A stretch of DNA of 64,000 bases from an uncultured delta proteobacterium (GTDB lineage: Bacteria; Desulfobacterota; Binatia; UBA9968), in assembly GCA_963745835.1 (NCBI GenBank), contig CAVUZH010000014.1, positions 566,756 to 630,755 on the forward strand, read 5' to 3'. The notes beneath the pieces were generated by a model. The model saw only the letters and a program-made list of their open reading frames with translations, ran no database searches and was not told the origin of the DNA. Below, one piece after another: positions 30,301 to 41,377 of the stretch (position 1 is the stretch's first letter; every line of letters begins with the position of its first letter). The position numbers were made by a program, and so were the translations under genes.

Positions 30301-30455
30301 GCCGCTTTCCGTCATTGGCAAGGCAATCGAAGACGGACGCTGTTCAAAAGACAACGAAGACTACCGCCACTTCGAGCTGCTGTTTGGCGAAGTGGAAGCG
30401 CGCCACTCCCTCACCATGTTCGCCTATGTCTTGACGCCTAATCATCTCCATCAAC
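30301..30455 (+). pseudogene. remnant of a REP-associated / IS200-like Y1 (HUH) transposase
   Basis: Frameshifted translation GNRRRTLFK / DNEDYRHF...MFAYVLTPNHLH matches the RAYT N-terminal motifs. Confidence 0.7.
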
Positions 30456-30522
30456 TAAACAAAGCCTGACAAGGATCTCCTGCGGATCTCCGCTTCTTGA
30501 TTAGATCCAGAGAGAAAGACCG

Positions 30523-31519
30523 TTAAGGCTTTTTGTTTTTAAGATTGTCGATGAAACCGCGCTCGTCGAGTTCTTTGATAAATTGGCTGTCGATGAAATC
30601 CTCCGGCTTTGCCTCTTTAGCTTTGGGATTGTCCGCCACCAGCGAGTCAATTACGGTCTTGAGGCCCGGTTGCGACGGATACTGCTTTGCCGGAAACGTG
30701 TGCTCCGTGACTGAAGCGTCGTAACTCTTCTCGAGCAGTTCCTGATCGGACGTGCCACCCATGTATTTTGCCTAGGACCTTGAGCCCGGTGGCTCGTTCG
30801 CTTTTCATCAGATGTACAGCCTCGATTTGTGACTTGACGTATCGTCTCACCACCTCGGGCTTATCGTTGATGAATTTCCGCGTCGTCACCACGCCATTAT
30901 TTTGAAACGGCAATGTGCCCAAGTCGGCCAGCACATTGAAACCTTCTCGCTGAGCTACGAAGGTCGTGGGCGGATTGAGCAAAGTCGCTTGTATTTTTCC
31001 GCTCCTAAGAGCGATCAAGCGTTCAGGCGTGCCGCCGATGACGATCACGGAAGTGTCTTTACCAGGCACGAGTCCAAGTTTTCTCAAAACAAGCTGGGTG
31101 GCTGTGGCTGAAGCCCCGGTAAGTCCGGAGACGCCTAACAGCCCGCCTTTAAGCTGCTCTGCCGATTTGATATCGCGTTGGCTCATGAGCCAATATTCAA
31201 AGCCGACGTATCCGGCAGCGACGTAGACGGTGCCGAAGCCTCTCAGGTTACTCTGTACGACTGCCGGAGCAGCGCCTTGAATCATATTCAGCTCTCCCGA
31301 AAGCAGCGCCATCACCGAAGTCGCAGCCTGGGCGCGAATCAGCTGAACATCCAAACCATTTCTGCTAAAGATCCCGGTTTCTTTCGCAACCCACACCGGA
31401 AGTTGCGTCGGACCCACGCCGGTATAGCTGACCGTGACCTTGAGCGCTTGCCCGGCAGCGGTTGAAACGGCACTAAAGAAGCCGATGACACAGATTAAAT
31501 TAAAGATAACCCATTGCAC
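30523..31519 (-). CDS. NMT1/SsuA-type substrate-binding protein (frameshift near 30770)
   Basis: VWVAKETGIFSRNGLDV. The C-terminus is in ORF 30523-30762. Confidence 0.87.
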
Positions 31520-31567
31520 CGTTGCGTCTCCTCACTTAGATAACCAACGACATGACACGAGTTCGGC

Positions 31568-32350
31568 TCAGACCGCCCACCCTTCTTCTGATAACTCTAA
31601 ATGAGTTCCATCAGGATCTTTTAGCGACATCGTCTTGTAGGGACCCTCAAATACGGTCGCGCTCGATGGCCAGCGGCGCCTCGCCTTTGTAGGTCAGACC
31701 CGCGCGCCTCTTTCAATCGCTCCTCGACCTGCTCAATGCTGTTCACTTGAAATCCTAATACCTGAAGGCCTTCGCGCGGCACCGGCGGGTTCATGATCAA
31801 GCCCAGATTGATGGTGCCGTCCGAGAGATAGATTGCCCGGCTCTCGGTTCGCGGGTTATCCATTCTGTCGACTTCCTTCATGGAGAAAATATATTTATAA
31901 AACTCGGCGAGACGTTCGGGATTATTAGTTTTGATACCGACGTATCTTACACCGGGAAGATTTTTATCATCCCTCGTTCCCCATCCTCGTTCCGCGACAT
32001 CAACACCGTTGCCATCGGGATCCAGAATACGAACCTCGGTGTAACGGCCATCGTTTGGCCTGGAACCCAAGCTGATTGGCGGATCGAGCTGACTAAGCTT
32101 GCTTTTTGATCTCATTGAGGCTATCGACTTTAAAACCAAAGTGGTTGATGCCGACATCTCTTTTTACTTCGGCGATCGTTTGATGGATTTGTAAGCAGTT
32201 GAGATTGAAATAGCCATCGGTCACGTAGAAGGCATACGGGCTGTTTTGCTCTTCATTCCAGACCTCCTCCATCCCCAAGATCAATTGATAGAACCGCGCA
32301 AGGCGACGGTTGTTATTGGTGCAATTGGCCATATGTCTTATCTCGGACAT
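31568..32350 (-). CDS. two-domain VOC family protein (frameshifted)
   Basis: IRHMA..LARFYQLILG, GINHFGF, DPDGNGVDV, YLSDGTINL and KDPDGTHLELSEEGW in collinear fragments. Confidence 0.8.
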
Positions 32351-32560
32351 TTTTTACCTCCCGATCACTTCAGGCTTGTAAGTTTATAAAATTTACGGCG
32401 TCGTTAATTTCAGCCCGACATTACGTTAGCGCGAACGATGCCGTCAAGACCACTACGCATGTTTGACTATTGGATCAGCTCGGAACTATGATCTGGCACT
32501 ACCGCTCGAACAACCGTGCTGGCGTAATCTCATCAGCACGATGTAGAAGGTAAAGCTCGA

Positions 32561-33505
32561 ATGAAAAGAAAACTGCTCATTACTATCTCGCTGCTGTTTA
32601 TTTCTGCCAAACTTACGAGCGCCGCCGAGCTGCAGGTCATCACCGTCGCGCTCGTCTCGCCGAGTTGGAGTACCGGGCTGCCAACGGCGGTCGCTCGGGG
32701 CGCCGGCTTCTTTAGAAATGAAGGCTTAGAGGTTCGGCCGGTGACACTCGCCAGCAGTGGCCCCATCATGATGGCTTTACTGATGAGCGGCCAGGCTGAA
32801 ATGGTTATCGCCGGCGGCGTCGCGATTTTGCGGGGCATTGCCCGAGGCGCACCTGTCGTCGTCGTTGGCGGACATCTGAGCAGGATGAGCTATGCGTTGA
32901 TCGGCGCCAAGGGTTTGAAGACTGTGGACGACCTCAAGGGCAAGGCGATAGGAATTACCGGCATCGGCGGCATAGGGGAATTTGCCGTTGTCGAATCGCT
33001 TAAGCGAAACGGGTTGGTCAAGGACCGTGACTTCACCCTGCTCAATATAGAGGGAGGCACGGCAGCAAGGATGGCGGCCCTCAAGGCCGGCAAGGTGCAC
33101 GCAGTGCCGGTGACACCAGGGCAGCGAGTACAGGCTGAGAATGACGGATTTACGATTATTCTTGATGTGAGAGATTCGCTTGCGGATCTTCCGTCGAACA
33201 TTGTCGCGTCGACGAAAGAGTTTGCCAAGTCCAACCCGGACAAAACGATTCGCTTTCTAAGGGCTCTCGGCAGGGCTGTAGATTTAATTCGGCAGGATAA
33301 GGATAAGGCGATAGCGCTGGGCAAGACTAATGGCTTGCGTGGAGACGCAGCGATGGAACGAAAAGCGCTCGATTATTATGTTCAGGATCTGGACATCCGC
33401 ATCAACAAAAACAATGTCGAGGCTCTGTTGAAATTGCTTGACATCGCGGATCCTCCTGAAAAATTCTTCGATGATACTTATCTAAGCCGAGCCCTTGCTC
33501 GATAA
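32561..33505 (+). CDS. NMT1/SsuA-type substrate-binding protein
   Basis: GFFRNEGLEV and DLKGKAIGITG. Confidence 0.9.
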   Translation: MKRKLLITISLLFISAKLTSAAELQVITVALVSPSWSTGLPTAVARGAGFFRNEGLEVRPVTLASSGPIMMALLMSGQAEMVIAGGVAILRGIARGAPVVVVGGHLSRMSYALIGAKGLKTVDDLKGKAIGITGIGGIGEFAVVESLKRNGLVKDRDFTLLNIEGGTAARMAALKAGKVHAVPVTPGQRVQAENDGFTIILDVRDSLADLPSNIVASTKEFAKSNPDKTIRFLRALGRAVDLIRQDKDKAIALGKTNGLRGDAAMERKALDYYVQDLDIRINKNNVEALLKLLDIADPPEKFFDDTYLSRALAR

Positions 33506-33553
33506 TAGACGAAGACAATATAAATTTTCTAACTTCTACTGAGGGGGTGGCTC

Positions 33554-34168
33554 ATGGACACTAAGCAGCTTTTGGAAGTTTCTCCTGAAAACACCGGCCT
33601 AATCATCGTTGACATGCAATCCGAAGGTTGCGAACGACATGGGCCGACTCTAAAGCCGGTTATCAAAAATATCCGAGCTCTTCTAGATAGGTTTCGGCAA
33701 GCAAACGGAAACATTATTCACGTTCAGTCGGTTCGGGCTAAAGATCATCCGGAATTTACGGTTTTCGGGAAGGATTATTCTTTGATCGAAAATACCCCGG
33801 CGGTCGAGTTCGTTGACGAGTTAAAGCCGCTACAGAATGAGATCGTGGTGCAGAAGTTCTCGCACGACTGCTTTTATCGGACCACCATGGAAGATGAGCT
33901 TAGAAGGATCGACCTTCGCCCTTGCAGAGACCGCATCGTTGTAACGGGCATTGGTTCAAACAACTGTGTTTATCACGCCGTTATCGGATTTCATATTAGA
34001 AATTACTTCGTGATTGTCCCGGAGGATTGTATTCACGCCAGCCGTCCCGAAGGCCAACAGTTTGCCTTGAGTCAGTTCCGGTCGCCTGCCTACAACTTCA
34101 ACGTAACGGTCACGCGGTCGGAAAATATCAAAATTGCCGGCGGCGTCAAACAGAGAGCCTTGGGCTAG
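33554..34168 (+). CDS. isochorismatase-family cysteine hydrolase
   Basis: LIIVDMQ, VQKFSHDCF and GIGSNNCV (D-K-C triad). Confidence 0.9.
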   Translation: MDTKQLLEVSPENTGLIIVDMQSEGCERHGPTLKPVIKNIRALLDRFRQANGNIIHVQSVRAKDHPEFTVFGKDYSLIENTPAVEFVDELKPLQNEIVVQKFSHDCFYRTTMEDELRRIDLRPCRDRIVVTGIGSNNCVYHAVIGFHIRNYFVIVPEDCIHASRPEGQQFALSQFRSPAYNFNVTVTRSENIKIAGGVKQRALG

Positions 34169-34245
34169 CCAATTCCGGGCGAGCCGCGTCATTGACACCC
34201 ATCGAAGCCGCGATTTCAAAGAATAGGTTTCACGTCGGCCGTGAA

Positions 34246-35259
34246 CTATTTGATGTAGCCTTCTTTCACCAGTTGATCGATCAAACTCGAATCGATGAAT
34301 GATCCGGGATCGGCTGCGGCTGCTTTCGGCGTCGTCTTCTTGATTGCTTCTATTGTGCTGTGAATCCCTTCAGCTTTAGGTCTAGGAATTCGATCGACCC
34401 ATTTCGCGTAGGCCTGATAGGCATACTCCGCGTCTGACCGATCGATTGCCAAAAATTCAGTTAAATAGGCGACGCTTTTCTCTTTCTGCTCAAAGTAAAA
34501 TTTCATCGCGTCAGCTATGGCGCGAGTAAATCTCAAAACCGCATCACGGTTTGTTTTCAGATAAGATCTCTGCACCCATTCACCATTGTTCTGCCATGGA
34601 ATGCCGAGCTCCGGCAGCGAAATCAATGGACGAAAGCCGCGTTTCTCCGCAATTCGGTCAAACGGAGGCGCAAGCGGGCCAAACTGCACGTCGCCTCTTT
34701 CCATCTGGGCAATGATGTTAGCGGGATCGGGCCTGGCGATTTGAACTAGCCTCACGTCCTTCTCTGGATCGAGTCCAAGCTTTGTGAGCGCGAACCTCAG
34801 GGCGACGTCAGGGATGGCGCCGAAGGGCGCGCCGACGTGACCGACTTTGCCTTTGAGATCCTGCGGAGTTTTGATGTCCTGTTGCACCATCACCGTATAA
34901 GGAAAAACATTGACCCAGGAAGAAACCAGAACGAATCCCGGAGCTCCTTCCGCCGTCGCAGTGACAAATGCAGCTGCTCCGGAACCGGTTGACATTTGCA
35001 TAGTGCCGCCAAGCATGGCCTGAACTGCGGCTGTTGTATTGGTCGCTACGATGTTCACATCGAGCCCATGCTTGAGGTAAAACTTTTCCTTTTGAGCAAT
35101 AAAATACAAGCTTGTTCCAGGGTTTATGCCTGTTTGTCCAACGGTAAGCGTTACGTTCTGTGCGACTGGGTTCTCTAATAAGGACGGAACTACCAGAAGT
35201 TCAATTACGAGGGAGACGACTAGGAGTGAATAGAAGCGAAAACGTGCTGCGGACTTCAT
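34246..35259 (-). CDS. NMT1/SsuA-type substrate-binding protein
   Basis: IAQKEKFYLKHGLDV, DLKGK and LGLDPEKDV. Confidence 0.9.
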   Translation of the reverse strand: MKSAARFRFYSLLVVSLVIELLVVPSLLENPVAQNVTLTVGQTGINPGTSLYFIAQKEKFYLKHGLDVNIVATNTTAAVQAMLGGTMQMSTGSGAAAFVTATAEGAPGFVLVSSWVNVFPYTVMVQQDIKTPQDLKGKVGHVGAPFGAIPDVALRFALTKLGLDPEKDVRLVQIARPDPANIIAQMERGDVQFGPLAPPFDRIAEKRGFRPLISLPELGIPWQNNGEWVQRSYLKTNRDAVLRFTRAIADAMKFYFEQKEKSVAYLTEFLAIDRSDAEYAYQAYAKWVDRIPRPKAEGIHSTIEAIKKTTPKAAAADPGSFIDSSLIDQLVKEGYIK

Positions 35260-35387
35260 CGAGAAATCTCCTTAGAGCACATGATCTGTAAACCTCGGCG
35301 GCATTCTTCCTGGGAATCTCTTACCGGCGATAATCGATTGTTTGGGTAAGGGACAAATTAAGATGTATCTGTCCAGCGGCGGCAAAC

Positions 35388-36302
35388 TCATTTAGCGCCT
35401 TCGTCCAGTTCGTGCCCTTCGTAGTTGGATCGCCACCACGAGGCCAGTTCATCATGGGTCGTGAAAATCGCTCCGGGAAATTGCTGCGCGTACGACAGAA
35501 AGTCGTCTAGGGCTTTAGCTCTCGATGGACGGCCGGTGATGAAATCATGCACCGTCAACGGCAGCATGAGCGGTCTTTCGCTGCCGCTCTCGTAGAGCGC
35601 ATCAAACCACGCCTTCATAGCCCGCAAGGTAAACTCGGGTGGATTGCAATCCCAGGTGTTTGAGGAGTTAGGCGGCTGCGGACTTGTGATGCGCACCGAC
35701 AACGACGAATCGGCATCGTAGATGAAAGGAATTTCGACAATGTCCCGTCCATGCCCCTGGATAATATAGGGCTTGTCATCATTGCGACGGCTGCAATCCC
35801 AGTCGAAATGAAAATGTTCGAGAAGTATATCGAGGGTGTTATGGCTCGGAAAGCAGGTCCGCCAACCTTTTAGCTGTTCACCGATCACATCCTGAAATGC
35901 TGCAACTGTTTTTTTGATGACCTGAAGCTCCGCTTGGGGCGGCAAGTTGCACATGAATTCATGATGGTAGCCATGCCCCGCTATGCAATGCCCCGCAGCT
36001 TTGGCAGCTCGTGAAATCTGTGGATAGCGCCTGGCAGTCGCGCCGCAGATAAACCAGGTGGCTTTAATCTCATGCTTCGCGAGAACTTCAAGGAGCCGCC
36101 AAGCACCCCGACGTCCGCCATATTGCCGTTCACTGAAATCGAACGGGTCCGGTTGGCCATCAGGCAGCGGGCACGGAGCTTCCTCGGATTGGTGATGCAC
36201 GCTTACCATGATCGGCAAGCGAACGCCCGCCGGCCATCGGGCTTTGCGCTCAGGGTGTTTTTCTTTCCACATCGAATTCTCTATTAACCGGTAGTTCCTC
36301 AT
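35388..36302 (-). CDS. polysaccharide deacetylase-like (PuuE-type) protein
   Basis: QYGGRRGAWRLL, IAGHGYHHE and LTVHDFITGRPSR. Confidence 0.88.
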   Translation of the reverse strand: MRNYRLIENSMWKEKHPERKARWPAGVRLPIMVSVHHQSEEAPCPLPDGQPDPFDFSERQYGGRRGAWRLLEVLAKHEIKATWFICGATARRYPQISRAAKAAGHCIAGHGYHHEFMCNLPPQAELQVIKKTVAAFQDVIGEQLKGWRTCFPSHNTLDILLEHFHFDWDCSRRNDDKPYIIQGHGRDIVEIPFIYDADSSLSVRITSPQPPNSSNTWDCNPPEFTLRAMKAWFDALYESGSERPLMLPLTVHDFITGRPSRAKALDDFLSYAQQFPGAIFTTHDELASWWRSNYEGHELDEGAK

Positions 36303-37125
36303 TGGGTTCCAGCAGCTGTGCCAGATCACAACAGCGGGCAAACCAGATGTCGGGGAGCGACGAGAGACGCTCGAGAAATTTTGTCAAAGTTCTAAGAACT
36401 ACCGGACGGCCGCTAGCCCACGTTTGCAAGCTCAATATGAAAAACCTTGGAGCGCGTTGACTCTCTTCATACAAGAGAGCGAACTCGCTATCCCATGCGT
36501 TGGCCAGTCCATCCGGTCCTCCGCGCTGCGGCGGAGGGTCGCCGACGAAGGCCTTATCGGCGGTCGAAGTGGTAAATGGAATCTCGACTATGCGATGGCT
36601 TCCACACTCTAGCAGGTAAGGTAAGTCATCATTGAGAAGGCTGCTGTCCCATAAAAATCCCTCCTCGGCAAGAATGTCGTGCGTTTGTGGGCTTACCCGG
36701 TAATCCGGGCAACGCCAACCTTGGATTCGCGTGCCGGTCACATCTTCCAGAACAGCAGCGGTCCGACGCACGATGGACCTTTCCCGTTCGGCGCTAGACG
36801 TGTGGATACTCTCAAAATTAAAGCCCATTCCGGCGATTTCATGTTTCGCTTGCTCAACCGCACGGGCGGTTTCGGGATAATTCTGAGCCGTCAAACCCGA
36901 AAACAAGAAGGTAGCCCTGACAGAATATTTTTCCAGTGCTTCGAGGATATTCCAAATTCCTTGACGCGCGCCGTATTGCATAATGTCGCTCGAGCGATAA
37001 TTAGGCCGATTACCTGGCATGGATAAAGCGCCCTCACCCGCTTGATGCTCGAAAGTGAGAACCACGGGTAGAGAAATTCCATTAGGCCATGCAAAGTCCC
37101 GGGCGCGTTTGATTTCTTCTAACAT
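36250..37125 (-). CDS. polysaccharide deacetylase-like (PuuE-type) protein lacking metal-ligand histidines
   Basis: QYGARQGIWNIL, HEIAGMGFNFE, GWRCP and WDSS. Confidence 0.85.
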   Translation of the reverse strand: MLEEIKRARDFAWPNGISLPVVLTFEHQAGEGALSMPGNRPNYRSSDIMQYGARQGIWNILEALEKYSVRATFLFSGLTAQNYPETARAVEQAKHEIAGMGFNFESIHTSSAERERSIVRRTAAVLEDVTGTRIQGWRCPDYRVSPQTHDILAEEGFLWDSSLLNDDLPYLLECGSHRIVEIPFTTSTADKAFVGDPPPQRGGPDGLANAWDSEFALLYEESQRAPRFFILSLQTWASGRPVVLRTLTKFLERLSSLPDIWFARCCDLAQLLEPNEELPVNREFDVERKTP

Positions 37126-37540
37126 TCATCCTCTCAATGGCTTGAATTACCTCGTGATCTCCATTTTCTGTGCGTTCCATGCAACGATCATCAAACTTGA
37201 ACCTGCCGGTCTCAGCATCGATAGAAGGGACTTTTATACGGATGCTTTAAAACTCGCAACGAGAAACAGCGATTTTCTAGAGCAGCGGATGCGCATCAAC
37301 CAACATCAACTACACGCATGATTTAATATGAACTCTCCGCTCTCGAACAAAAGTTTTGTCTGTTGTCGGTTCGATACTGACGGTAACCGAAGCCTGGATG
37401 AAATATTCTTGACGGCTACCTGCATTACTGAAAAGCAAAGGAAGAGATCCAATTTCGTGATCAGTGTGATGCCTGTGCATTGACTGGTCATCCCGGTGTC
37501 AGTATGGTTACCCGACGTACTTCACAGGAGGTTTCAAACA

Positions 37541-38584
37541 ATGCGCATAAGGCCGGCGTACCTGGCGATTTTCTTTCTATGGCTCGCTGCATTAAGCGAC
37601 CAATCGATTTCACCTGCCGGTGCGCAGGAAGCTTTTTTTCAGGGCAAGACAATCCGCATCATCGTCGGTTTTTCCGCCGGTGGCGGTTTCGATGTTTACT
37701 CCAGGACGACTGCTCGACACATGGGCAAACATATTGCCGGATCACCCTCTGTCCTGGTCGAAAACATGCCAGGCGCCGGAAGCATGATCGCCGCCAATCA
37801 TCTCTATAATCAAGCGAAGCCGGATGGACTTACCATTGGAAATTGGATCGGCGGCCTGATTCTTCAGCAAGCTCTCGGTGCCAAAGGCATTGCTTTCGAC
37901 GCCGCGAAGTTCGAATGGATCGGCGCTCCGGTACGGATCAATAATGCCTGCCTGCTGGCGCGCAAGAGCGGTATCACCAGCTTGCAGCAGTGGATGGAAT
38001 CGAAAACCTTGGTGAAAATCGGCGCCGAGGCAGCGGGCTCCACCACCTCGGATATCCCGCGGCTCCTGATGAAGTACACCCAACTTCCTTTACAATTGAT
38101 CGAAGGCTACAAAGGAGTTGCCGATGTTCGCATCGCCACTGAGGCCGGTGAGGTGGCGGGTTTTTGTTCAAGTTGGGAAGGAACCAAAACATCGTGGCGC
38201 AGCGTGCTGGAAAGCAAGGAAGCTTCGGTGATACTGCAGGCGGTTCCGCAACCGCACGCCGACCACCCCAAGGCGCCGCTGGCCATTGATCAGATCAAGT
38301 CCAGGGAGGGGCGCGAACTTTTTAAACTTGTGGTTCACGACATCGGCGGAACCATCAATCGGCTCTATGCATTGCCGCCCGGCACCCCAAAGGAGCGTGT
38401 GAAGATTTTGCAGAAGGCATTTCAGGATACCATGAAGGATCCCGAGTTCTTGGCGGAGGCAAAGAAAGTCAGGCTGGATATCGACCCTTTAAGCGGCGAA
38501 GAAATCGAAAAAACCGTAGCTGGAGTTAAAAACATCCCTGCCGCAAGCCTGACGACACTGAGAGACATCCTACTGCCGAAGTAG
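37541..38584 (+). CDS. Bug/TctC family substrate-binding protein
   Basis: FFQGKTIRIIVGFSAGGGFD and VENMPGAGS. AGGAGG RBS. Confidence 0.92.
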   Translation: MRIRPAYLAIFFLWLAALSDQSISPAGAQEAFFQGKTIRIIVGFSAGGGFDVYSRTTARHMGKHIAGSPSVLVENMPGAGSMIAANHLYNQAKPDGLTIGNWIGGLILQQALGAKGIAFDAAKFEWIGAPVRINNACLLARKSGITSLQQWMESKTLVKIGAEAAGSTTSDIPRLLMKYTQLPLQLIEGYKGVADVRIATEAGEVAGFCSSWEGTKTSWRSVLESKEASVILQAVPQPHADHPKAPLAIDQIKSREGRELFKLVVHDIGGTINRLYALPPGTPKERVKILQKAFQDTMKDPEFLAEAKKVRLDIDPLSGEEIEKTVAGVKNIPAASLTTLRDILLPK

Positions 38585-38587
38585 CCG

Positions 38588-41365
38588 ATGGCCGACAGAT
38601 CTTCGTTAAGACGGTTACGCTTCGAGTTGAATGGTCAGTGGCGTGAGGCTGACGTCGAGCCTCAGGTTTTACTTGCCGACTTCATCCGCAATCACCTCGG
38701 TCTCAAGGGAACAAGGAAGAGCTGCGAAGTGCAGATTTGCGGCGCCTGCACTGTGCTGGTGAATGGTAGGCCCGTCAGTTCCTGCATGACTCCTGCATTC
38801 GAGATCGATAATAAGTCGGTCATGACCATCGAAGGCTTGGCTCAAGGCGACAACCTTCATCCGATACAACAGGCGTTTTGGCAGGAAGGCGGATTAGAAT
38901 GCGGCTACTGCACTCCGGGCATGATTCTGACGGCATATGCGTTGCTCAGCGAGAACCCGGATCCGAGCGAAGAAGAAATTAAACATTGCGTAAGCGGCAA
39001 TATCTGCCGTTGTACGGGCTATGTGCCGATCATTGCGGCTATTAAACGGGCAGCTTATTTGATGCGATCTGATACCACAGCAATTCTTTCACTGCCGCAA
39101 TCAGACGAGCGCCGCATCGACGGCCCTGCTAAAGTCCGCGGCGAGGCAATTTACACAGCCGACCTCGTTCGCCCGGGCATGCTGTACGGCAAAATACTGC
39201 GTAGTCCGTTGCCGCATGCGATAATCAAAACCATCGATGTTGCGGCCGCCGAGAAGCTGCCCGGCGTCGTGACCGTTCTCACCCGCGATGATCTCAAGGA
39301 CATCAACCCTTACTTCGGCCCGCTGGTCAAGGACCAGGCCATTCTCGCGTTGGACACAGTACGTTACGAGGGTGATCCGGTTGCGGCGGTCGCGGCCGTC
39401 AGTGAGGAGATCGCCGCAGAAGCCCTCGGCCTCATTCACGTCGCCTACGAAGAGCTCAAACCGCTACTTTCGATCGATGAAGCCTTGGCTGACGATGCGC
39501 CAAAAATTCATGAAGTCACCAGCGAACATGGGGAAAAATTCCCGGGCTACCCGAGTGTCGATGAGGAAACCAAGAAATATCGCAACGTAAGTTTTCATTT
39601 CGGTTGGAACAAGGGCGACATTGCACAAGGGTTGGCCGAATCACATCGCGTTTTTGACAACTGTTTTTATTTTTCTAAAGTCGCTCACTATTCACTGGAA
39701 CCGCACATGGTTTTGGCTGAGTGGCGCGACGAGACCGTGACCCTCTGGAGCTCGACACAACATCCCTTCCTCGTGCAACAAGAAATCGCCGACATGTTCG
39801 GCATTGCCAAAGAGAAGGTCCGCATTATCGTCCCCTATGTCGGTGGCGCCTACGGCAACAAAAACCACACCAAGTTCGAGCCGCTGGCCACTGCGCTGTC
39901 GCGCAAGACTCGGCGACCGGTGTATCTCTCGCTTTCCACGGAAGATACTTTTCGCACCGTGAGCAAACCGGCCATGCGTGTACGGATAAAAACCGGCGTG
40001 AGTCAGGATGGCGTTCTAATTGCGCGAGAGTCGGTCGTTCATGTCGATGGCGGGGCCTATTCTGATGCCGGACCGCGGGTCACACAGAAGGCGGGTTACC
40101 GCGTCCACGGGCCCTATCGTATTCAAAATATCAAATCCGACGCCTATACCGTCTACACCAACACGGTACCCGCCGGCGCATTCCGCGGCATGGGGACGCC
40201 GCAAGTAGTCTGGGCCTACGAGTCACAGATGGACATGATCGCCGACGAGCTGGGTTTGGATCCCGTGGAATTTCGTCTCAAGAATCTTTTGGAGCGAGGT
40301 GACGAATTCTCGCCCGGTGACACACCGTTGGATTGCGATTTGAAGGAGGGCCTGCTGCGTGTCTCTCGAGAGATAGGATGGAGTGAGACACAAGAGCCGG
40401 ACTGCGGTATCGGTGTGAGTTGCGCCTTGAAAGACGGCGGCGGCAACTACAAGATTTCCGAGGCACGAATCGAGATCGACGGCGAGGGTAAAGTAACGCT
40501 TTTCGAGGGTACGGTGGAGATCGGCCAGGGATCGAATACGGCGCTGCGAAAAATTGCCGCCCAGGAACTCGGTCTTGCTGCTGAGAGAATCGAGCTTGCT
40601 CCCCTGGACACCTCGCGCACGCCGCTTGACTTCGGCACCTACGCAAGCAGCGGCACGACTGTTATGGGACTCGCGGTCCAAAGAGCAGCACAGGCCGTTA
40701 AAACTCAGCTCATCGATGGCGCCAGAAGCTTGACCGGCCGTCACGATGCAAGCTTTGAGCTTGATAATGGTTTCTTGCGTGTCGGTGAGATTGCTGTCAG
40801 CTTTCAGGAGGTGGTCCGGCACGTTAAGGGCGCGATGGGAACGATGATTGGCGAAGGGCGCTATGAAAGCATTAGAGACAAGAATCTTCTCTTGGGCGCC
40901 AAGGCGCCGTTCTGGGAAGTCAGTTGGGGCGCCGCCAAAGTCAAGGTCGATCGCGTCACGGGTGAGATCAAGATTGTGAAATTCGTCACGATCGCCGACG
41001 CCGGTAAGGCGATCAATCCACAACAATGTCACTCGCAGGAAATCGGCGCGATGGTACAAGGAATCGGTCAAGCGTTTTTTGAGCAGACCCTGTATGAAAA
41101 CGGCATCATGCTGAATCCCGGTTTAATCAACTACCGCGTCCCTGGAGTTTATGACCTGCCGGATGAGCTGGTGACGATCTTGTTCGAGAACGGCAACGGA
41201 CCGGGTCCTTACGGAGTAAAGGGCATTGGCGAGAGCGGTTTGCTTACCGTGCCGTCGGCTATCGGTAATGCCCTCTTCTCAGCGGCTGGGGTTCGCCTCT
41301 CAGAGCTTCCTCTGACGCCGGAGAAGGTCTGGCGCGCGCTCCACCAAGGAAACTTCAACCAGTGA
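38588..41365 (+). CDS. xanthine dehydrogenase-family molybdoenzyme with fused N-terminal 2x[2Fe-2S] domain
   Basis: CEVQICGAC, ECGYCTPG, CRCTGY, VGGAYGNK, AFRGMG, EIGQG and KGIGE. Confidence 0.93.
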   Translation: MADRSSLRRLRFELNGQWREADVEPQVLLADFIRNHLGLKGTRKSCEVQICGACTVLVNGRPVSSCMTPAFEIDNKSVMTIEGLAQGDNLHPIQQAFWQEGGLECGYCTPGMILTAYALLSENPDPSEEEIKHCVSGNICRCTGYVPIIAAIKRAAYLMRSDTTAILSLPQSDERRIDGPAKVRGEAIYTADLVRPGMLYGKILRSPLPHAIIKTIDVAAAEKLPGVVTVLTRDDLKDINPYFGPLVKDQAILALDTVRYEGDPVAAVAAVSEEIAAEALGLIHVAYEELKPLLSIDEALADDAPKIHEVTSEHGEKFPGYPSVDEETKKYRNVSFHFGWNKGDIAQGLAESHRVFDNCFYFSKVAHYSLEPHMVLAEWRDETVTLWSSTQHPFLVQQEIADMFGIAKEKVRIIVPYVGGAYGNKNHTKFEPLATALSRKTRRPVYLSLSTEDTFRTVSKPAMRVRIKTGVSQDGVLIARESVVHVDGGAYSDAGPRVTQKAGYRVHGPYRIQNIKSDAYTVYTNTVPAGAFRGMGTPQVVWAYESQMDMIADELGLDPVEFRLKNLLERGDEFSPGDTPLDCDLKEGLLRVSREIGWSETQEPDCGIGVSCALKDGGGNYKISEARIEIDGEGKVTLFEGTVEIGQGSNTALRKIAAQELGLAAERIELAPLDTSRTPLDFGTYASSGTTVMGLAVQRAAQAVKTQLIDGARSLTGRHDASFELDNGFLRVGEIAVSFQEVVRHVKGAMGTMIGEGRYESIRDKNLLLGAKAPFWEVSWGAAKVKVDRVTGEIKIVKFVTIADAGKAINPQQCHSQEIGAMVQGIGQAFFEQTLYENGIMLNPGLINYRVPGVYDLPDELVTILFENGNGPGPYGVKGIGESGLLTVPSAIGNALFSAAGVRLSELPLTPEKVWRALHQGNFNQ

Positions 41366-41377
41366 CGGAGATTTCTA

